Source: Candidatus Sysuiplasma jiujiangense (GTDB taxonomy: Archaea > Thermoplasmatota > Thermoplasmata > Sysuiplasmatales > Sysuiplasmataceae). Taken from it: a stretch of DNA of 64,000 nucleotides. Below the pieces are notes generated by a model. That model was given only the letters and a program-made list of their open reading frames with translations. It did not search any database and was not told the DNA's origin. Shown piece after piece: positions 1 to 10,144 of this stretch (within the stretch, counting starts at the first letter, position 1; each line of letters starts with the position of its first letter). Location of the stretch: contig JAHEAD010000011.1 in NCBI GenBank assembly GCA_019721075.1, positions 1 through 64,000 on the forward strand. The letters are read 5' to 3'. A program made the translations under genes and the position numbers.

Positions 1-1
1 C

Positions 2-184
2 ATGCGATCCAATGCGGAAACTGTAATGTCCATGCTGAAGAGGAGACTCCCGGCAAAGATAAGGAAGAAGCTGCCGGAGAGAAAGAAGACGGAAGAGTTC
101 CTGAAGGCGGATGTGCACAATGTAAGGCAGTGCTGCTACCTCACATACACACATCCGGAAATGCTGAAAGGGACCGAACAGTAA
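2..184 (+). mobile_element. 3' end of an IS5-like DDE transposase (cut by window edge); possible right end TTTTGTCCCAAAGC at 185-198
   Basis: RSNAETVMSMLKRR matches the R-x3-E-x6-K catalytic-Glu signature of IS4/IS5-type transposases. Confidence 0.7.
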
Positions 185-317
185 TTTTGTCCCAAAGCGA
201 GACCACTAGAAGCCTTTTTATAGAAGTGCTTACTTAACAATTCGCAACAAACAGTACGGTCTGCCGTCCGGATGGCGGGGCAGGCCTGCACAAGATCTGA
301 ACGAAGGGGTAAAAACT

Positions 318-1961
318 ATGATAGGACAAGCAGGAAATACACCAATACTGGTTCTGAAAGAAGGAACAAGAAGAGAAAAGGGAAAAGGTGCTCAGTTCGA
401 GAACATTGCAGCCGCAAAGGCTATTGCGGATGCAGTAAGAACAACGCTCGGACCGAGGGGAATGGACAAAATGCTGGTCGGGGGCCTTGGTGATGTCACA
501 ATCACAAATGACGGCGTGACAATACTCAAGGAACTCGAAGTCGAACATCCGGCGGCAAAAATGATCATTGAGGTTGCAAAGACTCAGGATGAGGAGGCCG
601 GCGACGGCACAACGACTTCGGTGGTTCTTGCAGGCGAATACCTGAAGAAGGCTGAATCGCTCATAGAGCAGAACGTCCACCCGACGGTCATCATCAAGGG
701 CTACAGAATGGCCGAAGCAAAGGCAATCGAAGTCCTTGAGAAGATATCTCTTCCCGTTTCAGTTAAGGACAAGGATGTCCTTGTGGACATTGCAAAGACG
801 GCCATGTACAGCAAGAGTGCCAGCAGCTCAATGGACGTGCTCGCGAAGGTTGCTGTTGACGCTGTTACCTCTGTTGTGGAGGAGAGGGACGGAAAATACC
901 TGGTCGACGACGACAACATTCAGTTCGTGAAGAAGCATGGCGCAAGCATAGACGAAACAGAGCTCATTTCCGGTATCATAGTCGACAAGGAGGCCGCGCA
1001 CACGGCAATGCCGAAACAGGTCGAAAAGGCAAAAATAGCACTGCTCGATGCGGCACTCGAAATCAAGAAGACGGAGATTGACGCAAAGATAGAGATAACC
1101 GACCCTTCGAAATTGCAGCTCTTCCTCACCGAAGAGGAAAACATGATAAAGAGGATGGTTGAGAAGGTGAACGAAAGCGGTGCAAATGTCGTGTTCTGCC
1201 AGAAGGGCATCGATGACCTGGCCGCACACTACCTTTCAAAGAACAAGGTCTATGCTGTCAAAAGGGTAAAGAAGTCCGATATGGAGAAACTGGCCAAGGC
1301 CACCGGCGCCAATATAGTCAGCAGAATAGACGATCTGACACCCTCGGACCTCGGAAACGCACAGCTCGTCGAAGAGAAAAAGGTGCTCGATGACAGAATG
1401 ACATTTGTCACCGGATGCAAGAATCCGAAGGCTGTTTCAGTTCTGATACGCGGCGGGACAGAGCATGTTGTCGACGAGATTGAGCGTTCACTTGTCGACG
1501 CCACCAGCGTGGTCTCTGTTGCAATCGAAGACGGAAGAATGACATACGGCGGAGGCGCGACAGCCACAGAGCTGGCGCTTAAACTTAGGGACTATGCAAC
1601 ATCCATCGGCGGAAGGGAACAGATTGCGATTGAGGCATACGCAGAGGCGATGGAGGTCATTCCGACAACACTGGCCGAAAATGCGGGTCTCGACCCGATT
1701 GACATACTGATTGACATCCGGAAGGCACACAAGAACGGACAGGTATCAGCCGGCGTCAATGTTGTCACGGGCAAAGTTGGTGACATGAAGAGGGAGAAGG
1801 TCATTGAACCGATACGCGTCGGAAAGCAGGCAATACACTCCGCAACGGACGCGGCCGTTATGATACTGAAGATAGACGACGTAATAGCATCAAAGGCCAA
1901 GGATCTCACGCCTCCGAGGGGCGGGCCCGGCGCAGGCGGAATGGGCGGAGACGAATACTGA
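318..1961 (+). CDS. ths: Thermosome (group II chaperonin) subunit
   Basis: [14 protein letters not shown] and GDGTTT motifs; Gly/Met-rich C-terminal tail; 547 aa. Confidence 0.97.
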   Translation: MIGQAGNTPILVLKEGTRREKGKGAQFENIAAAKAIADAVRTTLGPRGMDKMLVGGLGDVTITNDGVTILKELEVEHPAAKMIIEVAKTQDEEAGDGTTTSVVLAGEYLKKAESLIEQNVHPTVIIKGYRMAEAKAIEVLEKISLPVSVKDKDVLVDIAKTAMYSKSASSSMDVLAKVAVDAVTSVVEERDGKYLVDDDNIQFVKKHGASIDETELISGIIVDKEAAHTAMPKQVEKAKIALLDAALEIKKTEIDAKIEITDPSKLQLFLTEEENMIKRMVEKVNESGANVVFCQKGIDDLAAHYLSKNKVYAVKRVKKSDMEKLAKATGANIVSRIDDLTPSDLGNAQLVEEKKVLDDRMTFVTGCKNPKAVSVLIRGGTEHVVDEIERSLVDATSVVSVAIEDGRMTYGGGATATELALKLRDYATSIGGREQIAIEAYAEAMEVIPTTLAENAGLDPIDILIDIRKAHKNGQVSAGVNVVTGKVGDMKREKVIEPIRVGKQAIHSATDAAVMILKIDDVIASKAKDLTPPRGGPGAGGMGGDEY

Positions 1962-2087
1962 AGCCGCCGGCTCAGGGACACTGCATCGCAGACAGTTCAA
2001 ACCATTTACATTTTTTCATTTATGTTTTTTTCACGGCAAAAGAGCGAAAGCATTAAATTTCAATCCAATGTTAGATGCGTGGTTGTT

Positions 2088-2300
2088 ATGGTAATGCCTC
2101 TCGCACTCCTCGAGAAATCGCTGAACAAACGCGTAACGCTGATACTGAAGGACAGCAGGGTCCTGGAAGGCAGACTTATCGGATATGATGAATTCATGAA
2201 CGTCGTTCTCGAAGACACCGAGGAAAGGACGGCAGACCAGACAAGGAAAATAGGCTCCGTCATACTGAGAGGGAACAACGTAGTTTGCATTTCGGCGTGA
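2088..2300 (+). CDS. Sm/Lsm-like RNA-binding protein
   Basis: Sm1 (GRLIGYDEFMNVVLED) and Sm2 (VILRGNNV) motifs; ATG 2088 chosen within ORF 2022..2300. Confidence 0.93.
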   Translation: MVMPLALLEKSLNKRVTLILKDSRVLEGRLIGYDEFMNVVLEDTEERTADQTRKIGSVILRGNNVVCISA

Positions 2301-2338
2301 GTTCAATGGCCTGCACCCTGAAAATGGTGTGATGCCTG

Positions 2339-3319
2339 TTGGTCAGTGCAGTCATTCTTGCGGGAGGACTCGGTACAAGACTGAGACCGCTGACCAATCA
2401 CATACCGAAGCCGCTGGTAAACATGGCGGGCACCCCGCTCATCAGGAGAATTGTTGATTCAATTCCTCAGGAGGTGGACAATGTATACATTGCCGCAGGA
2501 TACAGATCGGATGATTTGCGCGCCTACTTTACCAGCGCGGAGAATGTGCGACCCGGAATTGAGGTCGTGCCCGAAGAGAAGCCGCTGGGAACTGCCGGTG
2601 CGCTATGGAATCTGAGAAACAGACTCGGCGACGAATTTATCGTTTTCAACGGAGACGTGGTTAATTCACTCAGGATTGGCGATATGCTCTCCTTTCACAG
2701 ATCCATGGGGTCTACTGCAACAATATCTCTTTGGGAAGTGGATGAACCCGAACATTTCGGCATCGTGAGACTTGAGAAGGACTTCACAATCACTGAATTC
2801 ATGGAGAAGCCCAGGCGGGAGGAGGCCTTCAGCCGCCTCATCAATGCCGGAACATATATCATGGACAGCACCATATTCGACTCGATGGACGGCAGATCGT
2901 TCTCGCTGGAAAAGGATGTGTTTCCCGGACTCGCAGGATCCAGGCTGTATGGTTATCAGTTCAGCGGTTACTGGGTGGACTGCGGCTCCCTCCGTTCCTA
3001 CCTGACAGCGCAGAGGATATTGCTCACGATTGAAGGGCTGGGCATAGAGAAGGGTGCAAAAGTCGACGGCTGCGCAATAAGCAGGCCGGTGGCCGTCGAG
3101 CGCGGCGCCGCCGTGAAGGGTTCAAGGATAGGCCCCAACGTTTATATCGAGTCCGGTGCAGGCATTTCTGAAGGATGCGCAATAGAGAACAGCGTCATAA
3201 TGAGGGGGGCCGAGGCAGGAAGGGAGTGCACAATCAGCGGCTCGATTGTCGGTCCGTCTGTGCGCCTGCCGGACGGGCTGGAGAGCCACAATCAAATATT
3301 AGTGAGTTCATCGCAGTAG
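2339..3319 (+). CDS. NDP-sugar synthase (mannose-1-phosphate guanylyltransferase-like) with C-terminal hexapeptide repeats
   Basis: LAGGLGTRLRPLT..PKPL, EEKPLGTAG, NGD, EKP and INAGTY motifs. Confidence 0.9.
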   Translation: MVSAVILAGGLGTRLRPLTNHIPKPLVNMAGTPLIRRIVDSIPQEVDNVYIAAGYRSDDLRAYFTSAENVRPGIEVVPEEKPLGTAGALWNLRNRLGDEFIVFNGDVVNSLRIGDMLSFHRSMGSTATISLWEVDEPEHFGIVRLEKDFTITEFMEKPRREEAFSRLINAGTYIMDSTIFDSMDGRSFSLEKDVFPGLAGSRLYGYQFSGYWVDCGSLRSYLTAQRILLTIEGLGIEKGAKVDGCAISRPVAVERGAAVKGSRIGPNVYIESGAGISEGCAIENSVIMRGAEAGRECTISGSIVGPSVRLPDGLESHNQILVSSSQ

Positions 3320-3321
3320 GC

Positions 3322-4908
3322 GTGCAGAATTCCCAGTCGACACTTTTTGATTTCATCACAATAGACACTAAAAGGGGAATAGAAAGGGACGGGGAGTTTG
3401 TTTACCACCCGTTCCTGGCGGAGAAGGTTGTACAGTACAGGGAATTCCAGGTCGAACTGGCCAGGATTGCAGTTGACAGCAACCTGCTTGTTGTCCTGCC
3501 GACAGGTCTTGGGAAAACGCTGATTGCGATGCTGGCAGCAGCGGAGGTGCTGAGGAAGGGAGGGAAGAAGATACTTTTTCTTGCACCTACACGCCCGCTG
3601 GTGATGCAGCATCTAGAGAGTTTCAACAGAATGTTCTCCCTGAAATCGTTTGCGCTCTTCACCGGATCGATTCCGGCCTCTGACAGAAGAGAACTGTGGG
3701 TTTCAAAGCGAATAATTTTTTCCACACCGCAGTCAATAGACAATGATCTGAAAGAGAAGCTGTATGACCTCTCCGATGTTTCGCTCTGTGTGTTCGATGA
3801 GGCTCACAGGGCTGTAGGAAACTACTCCTACGTTGAGGTCGCAAAGCAGTGCACCGAAATGGGGGTGCGCATCCTCGGCCTCACGGCTTCTCCTGGAGCA
3901 AAGAGGGACAAGATAGAGGACATACTCGCAGCACTGAACATAGACAGGGTGGAAATCAGGGAAAGGGAGGACATCGATGTAAACTCCTACATCAAGGATG
4001 TGAAGGAGGATATCGTGAGGGTGAGGCTCACCGATGAGATGGACAAGCTGCTGAGGCCCATGGATGATCTGCTGCATGAGAAGATTGTCAGGCTGCAGAG
4101 AATGGGATTCCTGCGTTACAAGAAGGCTGACATGGTTTCCAGGAAGGATCTTCTCTCCGTGAGAGCGGCGATAATGGCAAGGAAAAAAAGAAGCGGCTAC
4201 CTGTTCGGCGCCATGCACAACAGCATTGTTGCAATCCATGCGTATCACTGCTCGGAGCTTCTGGAGACGCAGGGAATAGAGCCGCTGCGTCTGTATCTTG
4301 AAAGACTGTCAAATTCTGAAAAGCCCAGCAGGATAGAGAAGGGGTTTCTCAACGACAGCCGGGTGAAGGAGGTCGTCGGAATGCTCAAAACCGCCGGCAG
4401 TCTTTCCCATCCGAAAATTGTACGCCTGAAGGAAATACTGGAAGAGCAGATGGCACGGAAACCGGGCAGCCTCATAATGGTCTTCACGCAGTACCGCGAT
4501 ACGATAGAGAGTATTGCACCCGTACTGGAGGAAAGGGGCATCAGGTTCGAGAGATTCATAGGGCAGGCGGATCGCGGGAAGAACAGGGGGATGACCCAGA
4601 AGGAGCAGAAGAAGACGATTGGCGATTTCGCGGCCGGCAGGTTCAATGTTCTGCTTGCAAGCAGCATAGGGGAGGAGGGGATTGATGTCCCGGATGTGGA
4701 CCTGGTCGTTTTCTATGAGCCCATTCCCAGCGAAATAAGGTACATACAGAGAAAGGGGAGGACGGGAAGGAGCTCTGTCGGAAGGGTTGTAATCATGGTC
4801 GCGGAGAATACGCGTGATGAGGCTTTTCTGCGTGCAAGCTCGAAGAGGGAAAAGAAGATGAAGAGAATCGTCCGCTCTATGAAGGAGCGGGAGCGGGATG
4901 CCGGCTGA
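3322..4908 (+). CDS. hef: Hef/FANCM-like DEAH helicase lacking the C-terminal ERCC4 nuclease domain
   Basis: LPTGLGKT, DEAHRAVGNY, GLTASPG and QRKGRTGR motifs; ORF ends shortly after motif VI; GTG 3322 is the likely start in ORF 3175..4908. Confidence 0.88.
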   Translation: MQNSQSTLFDFITIDTKRGIERDGEFVYHPFLAEKVVQYREFQVELARIAVDSNLLVVLPTGLGKTLIAMLAAAEVLRKGGKKILFLAPTRPLVMQHLESFNRMFSLKSFALFTGSIPASDRRELWVSKRIIFSTPQSIDNDLKEKLYDLSDVSLCVFDEAHRAVGNYSYVEVAKQCTEMGVRILGLTASPGAKRDKIEDILAALNIDRVEIREREDIDVNSYIKDVKEDIVRVRLTDEMDKLLRPMDDLLHEKIVRLQRMGFLRYKKADMVSRKDLLSVRAAIMARKKRSGYLFGAMHNSIVAIHAYHCSELLETQGIEPLRLYLERLSNSEKPSRIEKGFLNDSRVKEVVGMLKTAGSLSHPKIVRLKEILEEQMARKPGSLIMVFTQYRDTIESIAPVLEERGIRFERFIGQADRGKNRGMTQKEQKKTIGDFAAGRFNVLLASSIGEEGIDVPDVDLVVFYEPIPSEIRYIQRKGRTGRSSVGRVVIMVAENTRDEAFLRASSKREKKMKRIVRSMKERERDAG

Positions 4909-4925
4909 TCCTGGTGCCGGTGCAC

Positions 4926-5684
4926 TCATTCCCGGACAGAAGGGTTCAGTGCGAGCTTTGTAGTGAGCATCTTCAGAAATGATTCGAGATGCTCAGCAAG
5001 TGATTCATTGTCGGTGAAACCGCACGCATTAAGATCCGGGGCCGCAATAAGAGCCTTCTTTCCGTCGCACACTATATCTGTGGCGAGCAGTTCCGTAACA
5101 CGGAAACTGTCGGTGTGCTCCGGCAGTTTGACGGAAGGGGCGGTTATGACGGTAATATGCACTCCCCGCTTCTTTGCATCGGCGAACTTCTTTCCGATCT
5201 TCTTGCGGATATCCCTGATGGCGGGCGTTGAGATTATAAGTCTGGAAGTCGCGGAATCGACGAGCTCGGCAATCTTCTCCATCACCTTTTCGTTTCCGAC
5301 AATTGTATAGATGAGCTGCGGAACGCCTTTCTCGCTCAGCATGCCGCTGACGAGTGAAAGTTTTCTGAATGCATCCCTTATCTGCTCGGCAACCTCATCC
5401 CCTTTCGTAATGGGGTCTTCCGGATGAAATACCTTCGGCTTGCCGGCAGACGAACTTGCGTACCCCCTCTTTTCCAGCAGCGTCAGAGCCTTGTATGCGG
5501 AAGTCCGCGGTATCTGGGCAACCTCTGCGACCCGCTGGGGCGTCCCGAAACTCAGCACAACAAGAGCCATGTACGAACGTGCTTCATATTCGGAGAGTCC
5601 GCAGTTTTTCAGCACTGCTATGACACTTTCATACTCCTGGCGGAGCTCATCGAGATTTTCCCCCAGAAGCTTAATGAGATTCAT
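4926..5684 (-). CDS. TrmB-family transcriptional regulator
   Basis: GLSEYEARSYMAL..IPRTSAYKAL winged HTH followed by an effector-binding domain. Confidence 0.9.
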   Translation of the reverse strand: MNLIKLLGENLDELRQEYESVIAVLKNCGLSEYEARSYMALVVLSFGTPQRVAEVAQIPRTSAYKALTLLEKRGYASSSAGKPKVFHPEDPITKGDEVAEQIRDAFRKLSLVSGMLSEKGVPQLIYTIVGNEKVMEKIAELVDSATSRLIISTPAIRDIRKKIGKKFADAKKRGVHITVITAPSVKLPEHTDSFRVTELLATDIVCDGKKALIAAPDLNACGFTDNESLAEHLESFLKMLTTKLALNPSVRE

Positions 5685-5858
5685 GTATTTGTAGCACTTA
5701 TGACTACAATACATTTAAACTTATTCAGTGAAATCAGTGGACTGGACCGGAAGGCAGAGAGACGCCGGACGGTTGTCCCGTCCACGGCGCTTTCAGTCGG
5801 AATAAACTGCTGAATAGGGTTTAATAGTAGTTGGAAGTTTGTTCGCGGAGGTATCGGA

Positions 5859-6053
5859 TTGATAGAACTAAACGATGACAGGTGCATGCATTGCGGCGCA
5901 TGCGTAGGTGCCTGCCCTGCAAATGCGATATACCTTAATGAGGTCATACTGGACTTCAATGACGACTGCACGGACTGCGGCCTTTGCGTAAAGGCATGCC
6001 CGGTGGGCGCCCTGAGTCTTATAAGGACGCGCGGTCTCAGGGTTCCCGCCTGA
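5859..6053 (+). CDS. 2x[4Fe-4S] ferredoxin
   Basis: Two CxxCxxCxxxCP motifs; 64 aa. Confidence 0.92.
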   Translation: MIELNDDRCMHCGACVGACPANAIYLNEVILDFNDDCTDCGLCVKACPVGALSLIRTRGLRVPA

Positions 6054-6137
6054 ACGAAGGATAAGGTTTTAAGCACGCCTTTCAATCGAGTACAAACAGT
6101 GATTTGAGACAAATCACTCCCATTGTCCGGTGCAGCT

Positions 6138-7331
6138 ATGTTCTTCAAAGACGAATACGATGTTGTTGTTGTCGGTGCCGGCCCCTCGGGCAGCACCGCA
6201 GCCAGATATGCGGCAATGAACGGCGCAGACGTCCTGCTGGTCGAAAAGAGACAGGAAATAGGGTCGCCGGTCAGATGCGGCGAGGGTGTCTCCATGGAAA
6301 TATTCAAACATGTGGACATTCAGCCGGATCCGCGCTGGTTCGTCAATCAGGTCACCGGCGCCCGTATTTTCGGCCCTTCGGGAAGGCATCTGCTGATCGA
6401 TGCCAAAAACGCCGGCGATGAGGTTGGTGCCGTCATCGAAAGGGACGAGTTCGACAAACATCTCGCGATGCTTGCTGCCAGGGCCGGAGCGGAAATTTCG
6501 ACAAAGACGGCTGTCATTTCGCTCCTGCATGACGACGGAAAAATCTCGGGAGTCACGCTAAGGCGCATGGGAGAAACCCGGGATGTCAGGGCAAAGCTGA
6601 TCATAGGAGCGGACGGTTTCGAATCGCAGGTTGCCAGGTGGGCCGGAATGAACACGAACCTCAAGACGCGCGACACCACCTCCAACCTGCAGTACCGTAT
6701 GACAGGTCTTGACCTGGACCCCAGATTCACTGACTTCTATATCGGATCTGTGGCTCCAGGTGGGTATGTATGGATATTTCCCAAGAGCAGGCAAGTCGCC
6801 AATGTCGGCATTGGTCTTCTGCTTTCGAAAATAAAGGGTGCCAGCGAGGCCAAGGACTATCTGGATGCATTCATAGAGAAGGACAGCCGCTTCAGGAATG
6901 CGGACATACTCGAAACTGTCAGCGGGGGTGTTTCCGTTAGCGCACCGCTTGACAGGACTGTCTCCGACGGCATAATGCTTGTCGGAGATGCTGCGAGGAT
7001 GATAGACCCTCTTACAGGCGGAGGAATAAGCAACGGCGTGATCGCCGGCAGCGTGTGCGGACGCATTGCAGCAGAGGCTGTGAAGGCCGGGGACGTATCG
7101 TCGGAATACCTCCAGCGTTACGAGGAAGGCTGGAGGGCGCTTCTCGAGGAAAAATTATACAGAGATTACATGGCAAAGGAGAAGCTGATATCACTTGACG
7201 ATGAAACGCTTGACAAGCTCATTGATGCGCTCTCGTCCGTTCCGATGGAAAACCTGTCGACGAAGGAGATACTCAGGGCCGTCAGGGAAAAATATCCCGA
7301 ACTCGTCAGGGAGTTCGAAGACCTGATCTGA
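6138..7331 (+). CDS. Digeranylgeranylglycerophospholipid (geranylgeranyl) reductase
   Basis: GAGPSG FAD motif, PVRCGEG, GYVWIFPK and GDAA..DPLTGGGI. Confidence 0.92.
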   Translation: MFFKDEYDVVVVGAGPSGSTAARYAAMNGADVLLVEKRQEIGSPVRCGEGVSMEIFKHVDIQPDPRWFVNQVTGARIFGPSGRHLLIDAKNAGDEVGAVIERDEFDKHLAMLAARAGAEISTKTAVISLLHDDGKISGVTLRRMGETRDVRAKLIIGADGFESQVARWAGMNTNLKTRDTTSNLQYRMTGLDLDPRFTDFYIGSVAPGGYVWIFPKSRQVANVGIGLLLSKIKGASEAKDYLDAFIEKDSRFRNADILETVSGGVSVSAPLDRTVSDGIMLVGDAARMIDPLTGGGISNGVIAGSVCGRIAAEAVKAGDVSSEYLQRYEEGWRALLEEKLYRDYMAKEKLISLDDETLDKLIDALSSVPMENLSTKEILRAVREKYPELVREFEDLI

Positions 7332-7356
7332 GAACATCCGCCATGCAGGCTGATGA

Positions 7357-10032
7357 TCAATGCGCTTCATCGATCAGGAAGGGTGAAACGGAGCCGACCA
7401 CCGCCTCGAACATCCTGCCTTCCCTTTTTGAGAATGCCCAGGGTGATTTCCTCCAGAGCACCACCGAACCCCATGGAGATCCGCCGTCCGTTATCCTGCA
7501 TACGAGAGCGGATCCGACCGACTGACCGAAGAGCGAGGGAATACGCGTGTTGTTTCTGGTAAGGCAATTTCCCTCATCCGGGTGCGAAGAATCGTAAACA
7601 TCAGAGAGGGATATCAGTGCGTGACTGCCTGGACTTTCCTTTTCCCTGAGTGTGAATTTCCTTCTCGCAAAACCGTCTCCCGTGTCGGCAAGCAATTCCA
7701 GATCATCATGCGGAATGATTCCGTAAAGGGCCTTTGAAAGCGTCTCTGCCCTCGGGCGATCCCGGAAGTGCGCGTTGAAACTGGCGATTGCGGTTGCGAG
7801 CGATTTGTAGAACAGCTCACTGTCAGACATGTCCGCCATCTTCCGCCTCTGACGTTCAGAACGGGACACAATAGCCGACAGGACTTCAGCAAATTCGATA
7901 TCGTCGAAGCTGAAACTTACCCCCTCCGGTGCCATGACAGAGACGACCCTGTCCACACCTCCGGCGGAACCGGCGGGAATGAGCAGCAGTTCGCGGACCG
8001 CTTCGGTGCCCACAGCTGACCTGCCGTCAGTCTTCACTTCCGCCTTCAGGCAGTCAAGGGATGCGGCGCATGCGCTTATCTCGGACTGAAGCTGCTTTGA
8101 AATTGTTTCGGCGGCCATCATGTTTTTAGCCATTCGCAGGTTGTCGGCGCCGGCGTAAACACCGTCCTTCAGCGAGAAGATCGCAGTTTCATCCGGGCGG
8201 AAGGATTCGCGGACACATCTGAGGATTTCGTCCAGTCTCCGCTCGTCGGATATATACGACATCGATGTTTCGGCCAACATATTCAGGAGCCTCGCTCTCA
8301 TTGAGCTCCTTTCCTGTCTTTCTATCTCCCTCACGGACGATATGATGAAATTGATATGGCCGACGGCCATACGTGCGGCGTAAAACCCGGCGGATTCAGC
8401 ATCGATCTTCTCCCTGCATGCCACCGCGGTGAATCCGTACAGGCCAGGTGAGGCATGCCTGACGATTACGACATCCACTTCCGCGTCGACCTGAAGCGCC
8501 TCACGGAGCGATTTCTGCTCCTTTCCGAGAATCCAGACGTCCGATTTAATGGCCTGACCGTCAAATGTTTCGCCGGAAACGGCTGACTTGCCCTTGCCCT
8601 CCGGCTTGGCTCCGTCCGCCGCAACCATTGTGTAGTCCGTTCCGTCTCCGGTCCTGAAAAATGTGAACGAGGCGTATCCGCTAAACAGATAGCGCAGTTC
8701 CCTGGAGAGTGACTGGTAGAGCTGAGACGATCTGAACGACTTTTCAAGCTTCCTTACAATATCCCAGAGAGTGCTGTGTACCTGCAATTCGAGCCTGATT
8801 CCCTGAATCCTGCGGAACACCGTCAGTTTTCTGGCAGCTATCCCGGAGAGCACTGTGAGATAAGAATGGTCGTCCTCCTCAGCCGGCCCTCGGTCCATAT
8901 AGAGCATGAATATTGCGCCTACGGATCTTCCATCGTAAACAAGCGGAATGGAGACGAGCCTTTCAAACGGAGTGTAGAGATATCTGAGAGCGGTCTGGTA
9001 CTGGCTGTCCTCGGTCACAACTGTCTCTTCTCCGCTCCGCATCAGTTCGCTTTCGAATATGTTTCCCCCCTCACACGAAAGCAGTCTCCTTGAAATACCG
9101 ACGGGACACGCCGTTTCGCCTATCACCTTTGCCATGCCTTCGGCTTCTTCGAATATTATCACAGCGCCGGCGTCATATGCATCTGCAATGCCCTGCGCCA
9201 TCTTGCTGAAGTAGCCGTCCTTTTCCAGAAACTGCTCTGTCTCGCTCAGCAGGTGCAGCAGTTTCACAGCCTCATCATCGATGCCGGCGCTTGATGCTGA
9301 CGCCTGGTACTTCCTGTGTGTGCGGCCGATGAGGAAATAATATCTTCCCTTCTTTCCACCGTCATACTGCGTCACAGTAAATTTAACCGCATCCCGGCCG
9401 GAGGAAAAACTTCCGCCTGAGAATTCCAGCGGCCTGGAAATCTGTCCTGTGCCTGCGCTGCATTGCTTCAGCATATCGGCGAACAGCGGGCGGCTGGCGA
9501 TCTCAAGGATGCCGGAAAAGGGTGCACCGGCTGTAAAATCAACATTTCTGTCGTGCAGCAGTTTGGACGCCTCGCGGTTCCACGATACACCGTTGCCTTC
9601 GGCATCTACGACAAAAAGCGGAAACGGAACAGCCTCTATCATACCGGAAAGGCCGAGACCTGCATCCCCCCGGTTCTGACCGGAGGGGTGCAGTGTGCAG
9701 TATACAAAATCCTTTCCGTCCCTGGTGACCACGGGCACGAATGTCGCTATGTAACCGGAATTCGCGGCAGTGAACGTAAATTCGAAGCTCTTTCCCGTCG
9801 AGATGAAAAGCAGTACATCCGATTTGTAGCTCTGCCATTCGCTTCCTACGGAAAGTTCGCTTCCCCTTTCGATGCCGCCCAGTACATTCAGCACTGCATG
9901 ATTGAATTCGACAACAGTGAGTTTCCTGTCCGTGATTACGACAGCTTCAGGCAGCAGCTCTATGAATGCGCCCAGGTTGTAATTACCTGTTTCCTCTCCG
10001 ATCGGCTCCGACTTCAATGGCAACCTCTCCAT
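7357..10032 (-). CDS. Multi-sensor protein: two PAS-like domains followed by several GAF-like domains, no recognisable output domain
   Basis: FIELLPEAVVITD..FNHA and MIEAVPFPLFVVD..WNREA PAS starts; LVSIPLVYDGRSVGAI, FSFDDIEFAEVLS and FSKREGRMFEAV GAF-type segments. Confidence 0.7.
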   Translation of the reverse strand: MERLPLKSEPIGEETGNYNLGAFIELLPEAVVITDRKLTVVEFNHAVLNVLGGIERGSELSVGSEWQSYKSDVLLFISTGKSFEFTFTAANSGYIATFVPVVTRDGKDFVYCTLHPSGQNRGDAGLGLSGMIEAVPFPLFVVDAEGNGVSWNREASKLLHDRNVDFTAGAPFSGILEIASRPLFADMLKQCSAGTGQISRPLEFSGGSFSSGRDAVKFTVTQYDGGKKGRYYFLIGRTHRKYQASASSAGIDDEAVKLLHLLSETEQFLEKDGYFSKMAQGIADAYDAGAVIIFEEAEGMAKVIGETACPVGISRRLLSCEGGNIFESELMRSGEETVVTEDSQYQTALRYLYTPFERLVSIPLVYDGRSVGAIFMLYMDRGPAEEDDHSYLTVLSGIAARKLTVFRRIQGIRLELQVHSTLWDIVRKLEKSFRSSQLYQSLSRELRYLFSGYASFTFFRTGDGTDYTMVAADGAKPEGKGKSAVSGETFDGQAIKSDVWILGKEQKSLREALQVDAEVDVVIVRHASPGLYGFTAVACREKIDAESAGFYAARMAVGHINFIISSVREIERQERSSMRARLLNMLAETSMSYISDERRLDEILRCVRESFRPDETAIFSLKDGVYAGADNLRMAKNMMAAETISKQLQSEISACAASLDCLKAEVKTDGRSAVGTEAVRELLLIPAGSAGGVDRVVSVMAPEGVSFSFDDIEFAEVLSAIVSRSERQRRKMADMSDSELFYKSLATAIASFNAHFRDRPRAETLSKALYGIIPHDDLELLADTGDGFARRKFTLREKESPGSHALISLSDVYDSSHPDEGNCLTRNNTRIPSLFGQSVGSALVCRITDGGSPWGSVVLWRKSPWAFSKREGRMFEAVVGSVSPFLIDEAH

Positions 10033-10144
10033 GCACGAAATGACTCCCGGGATGCCGGAAGCTGCCGAAATGAGCCATGATTCGTTAGATAAAATTATGC
10101 AGCAAAATATCCAGAGAAAAAGTCAGTGATACCGGACACCGCTC

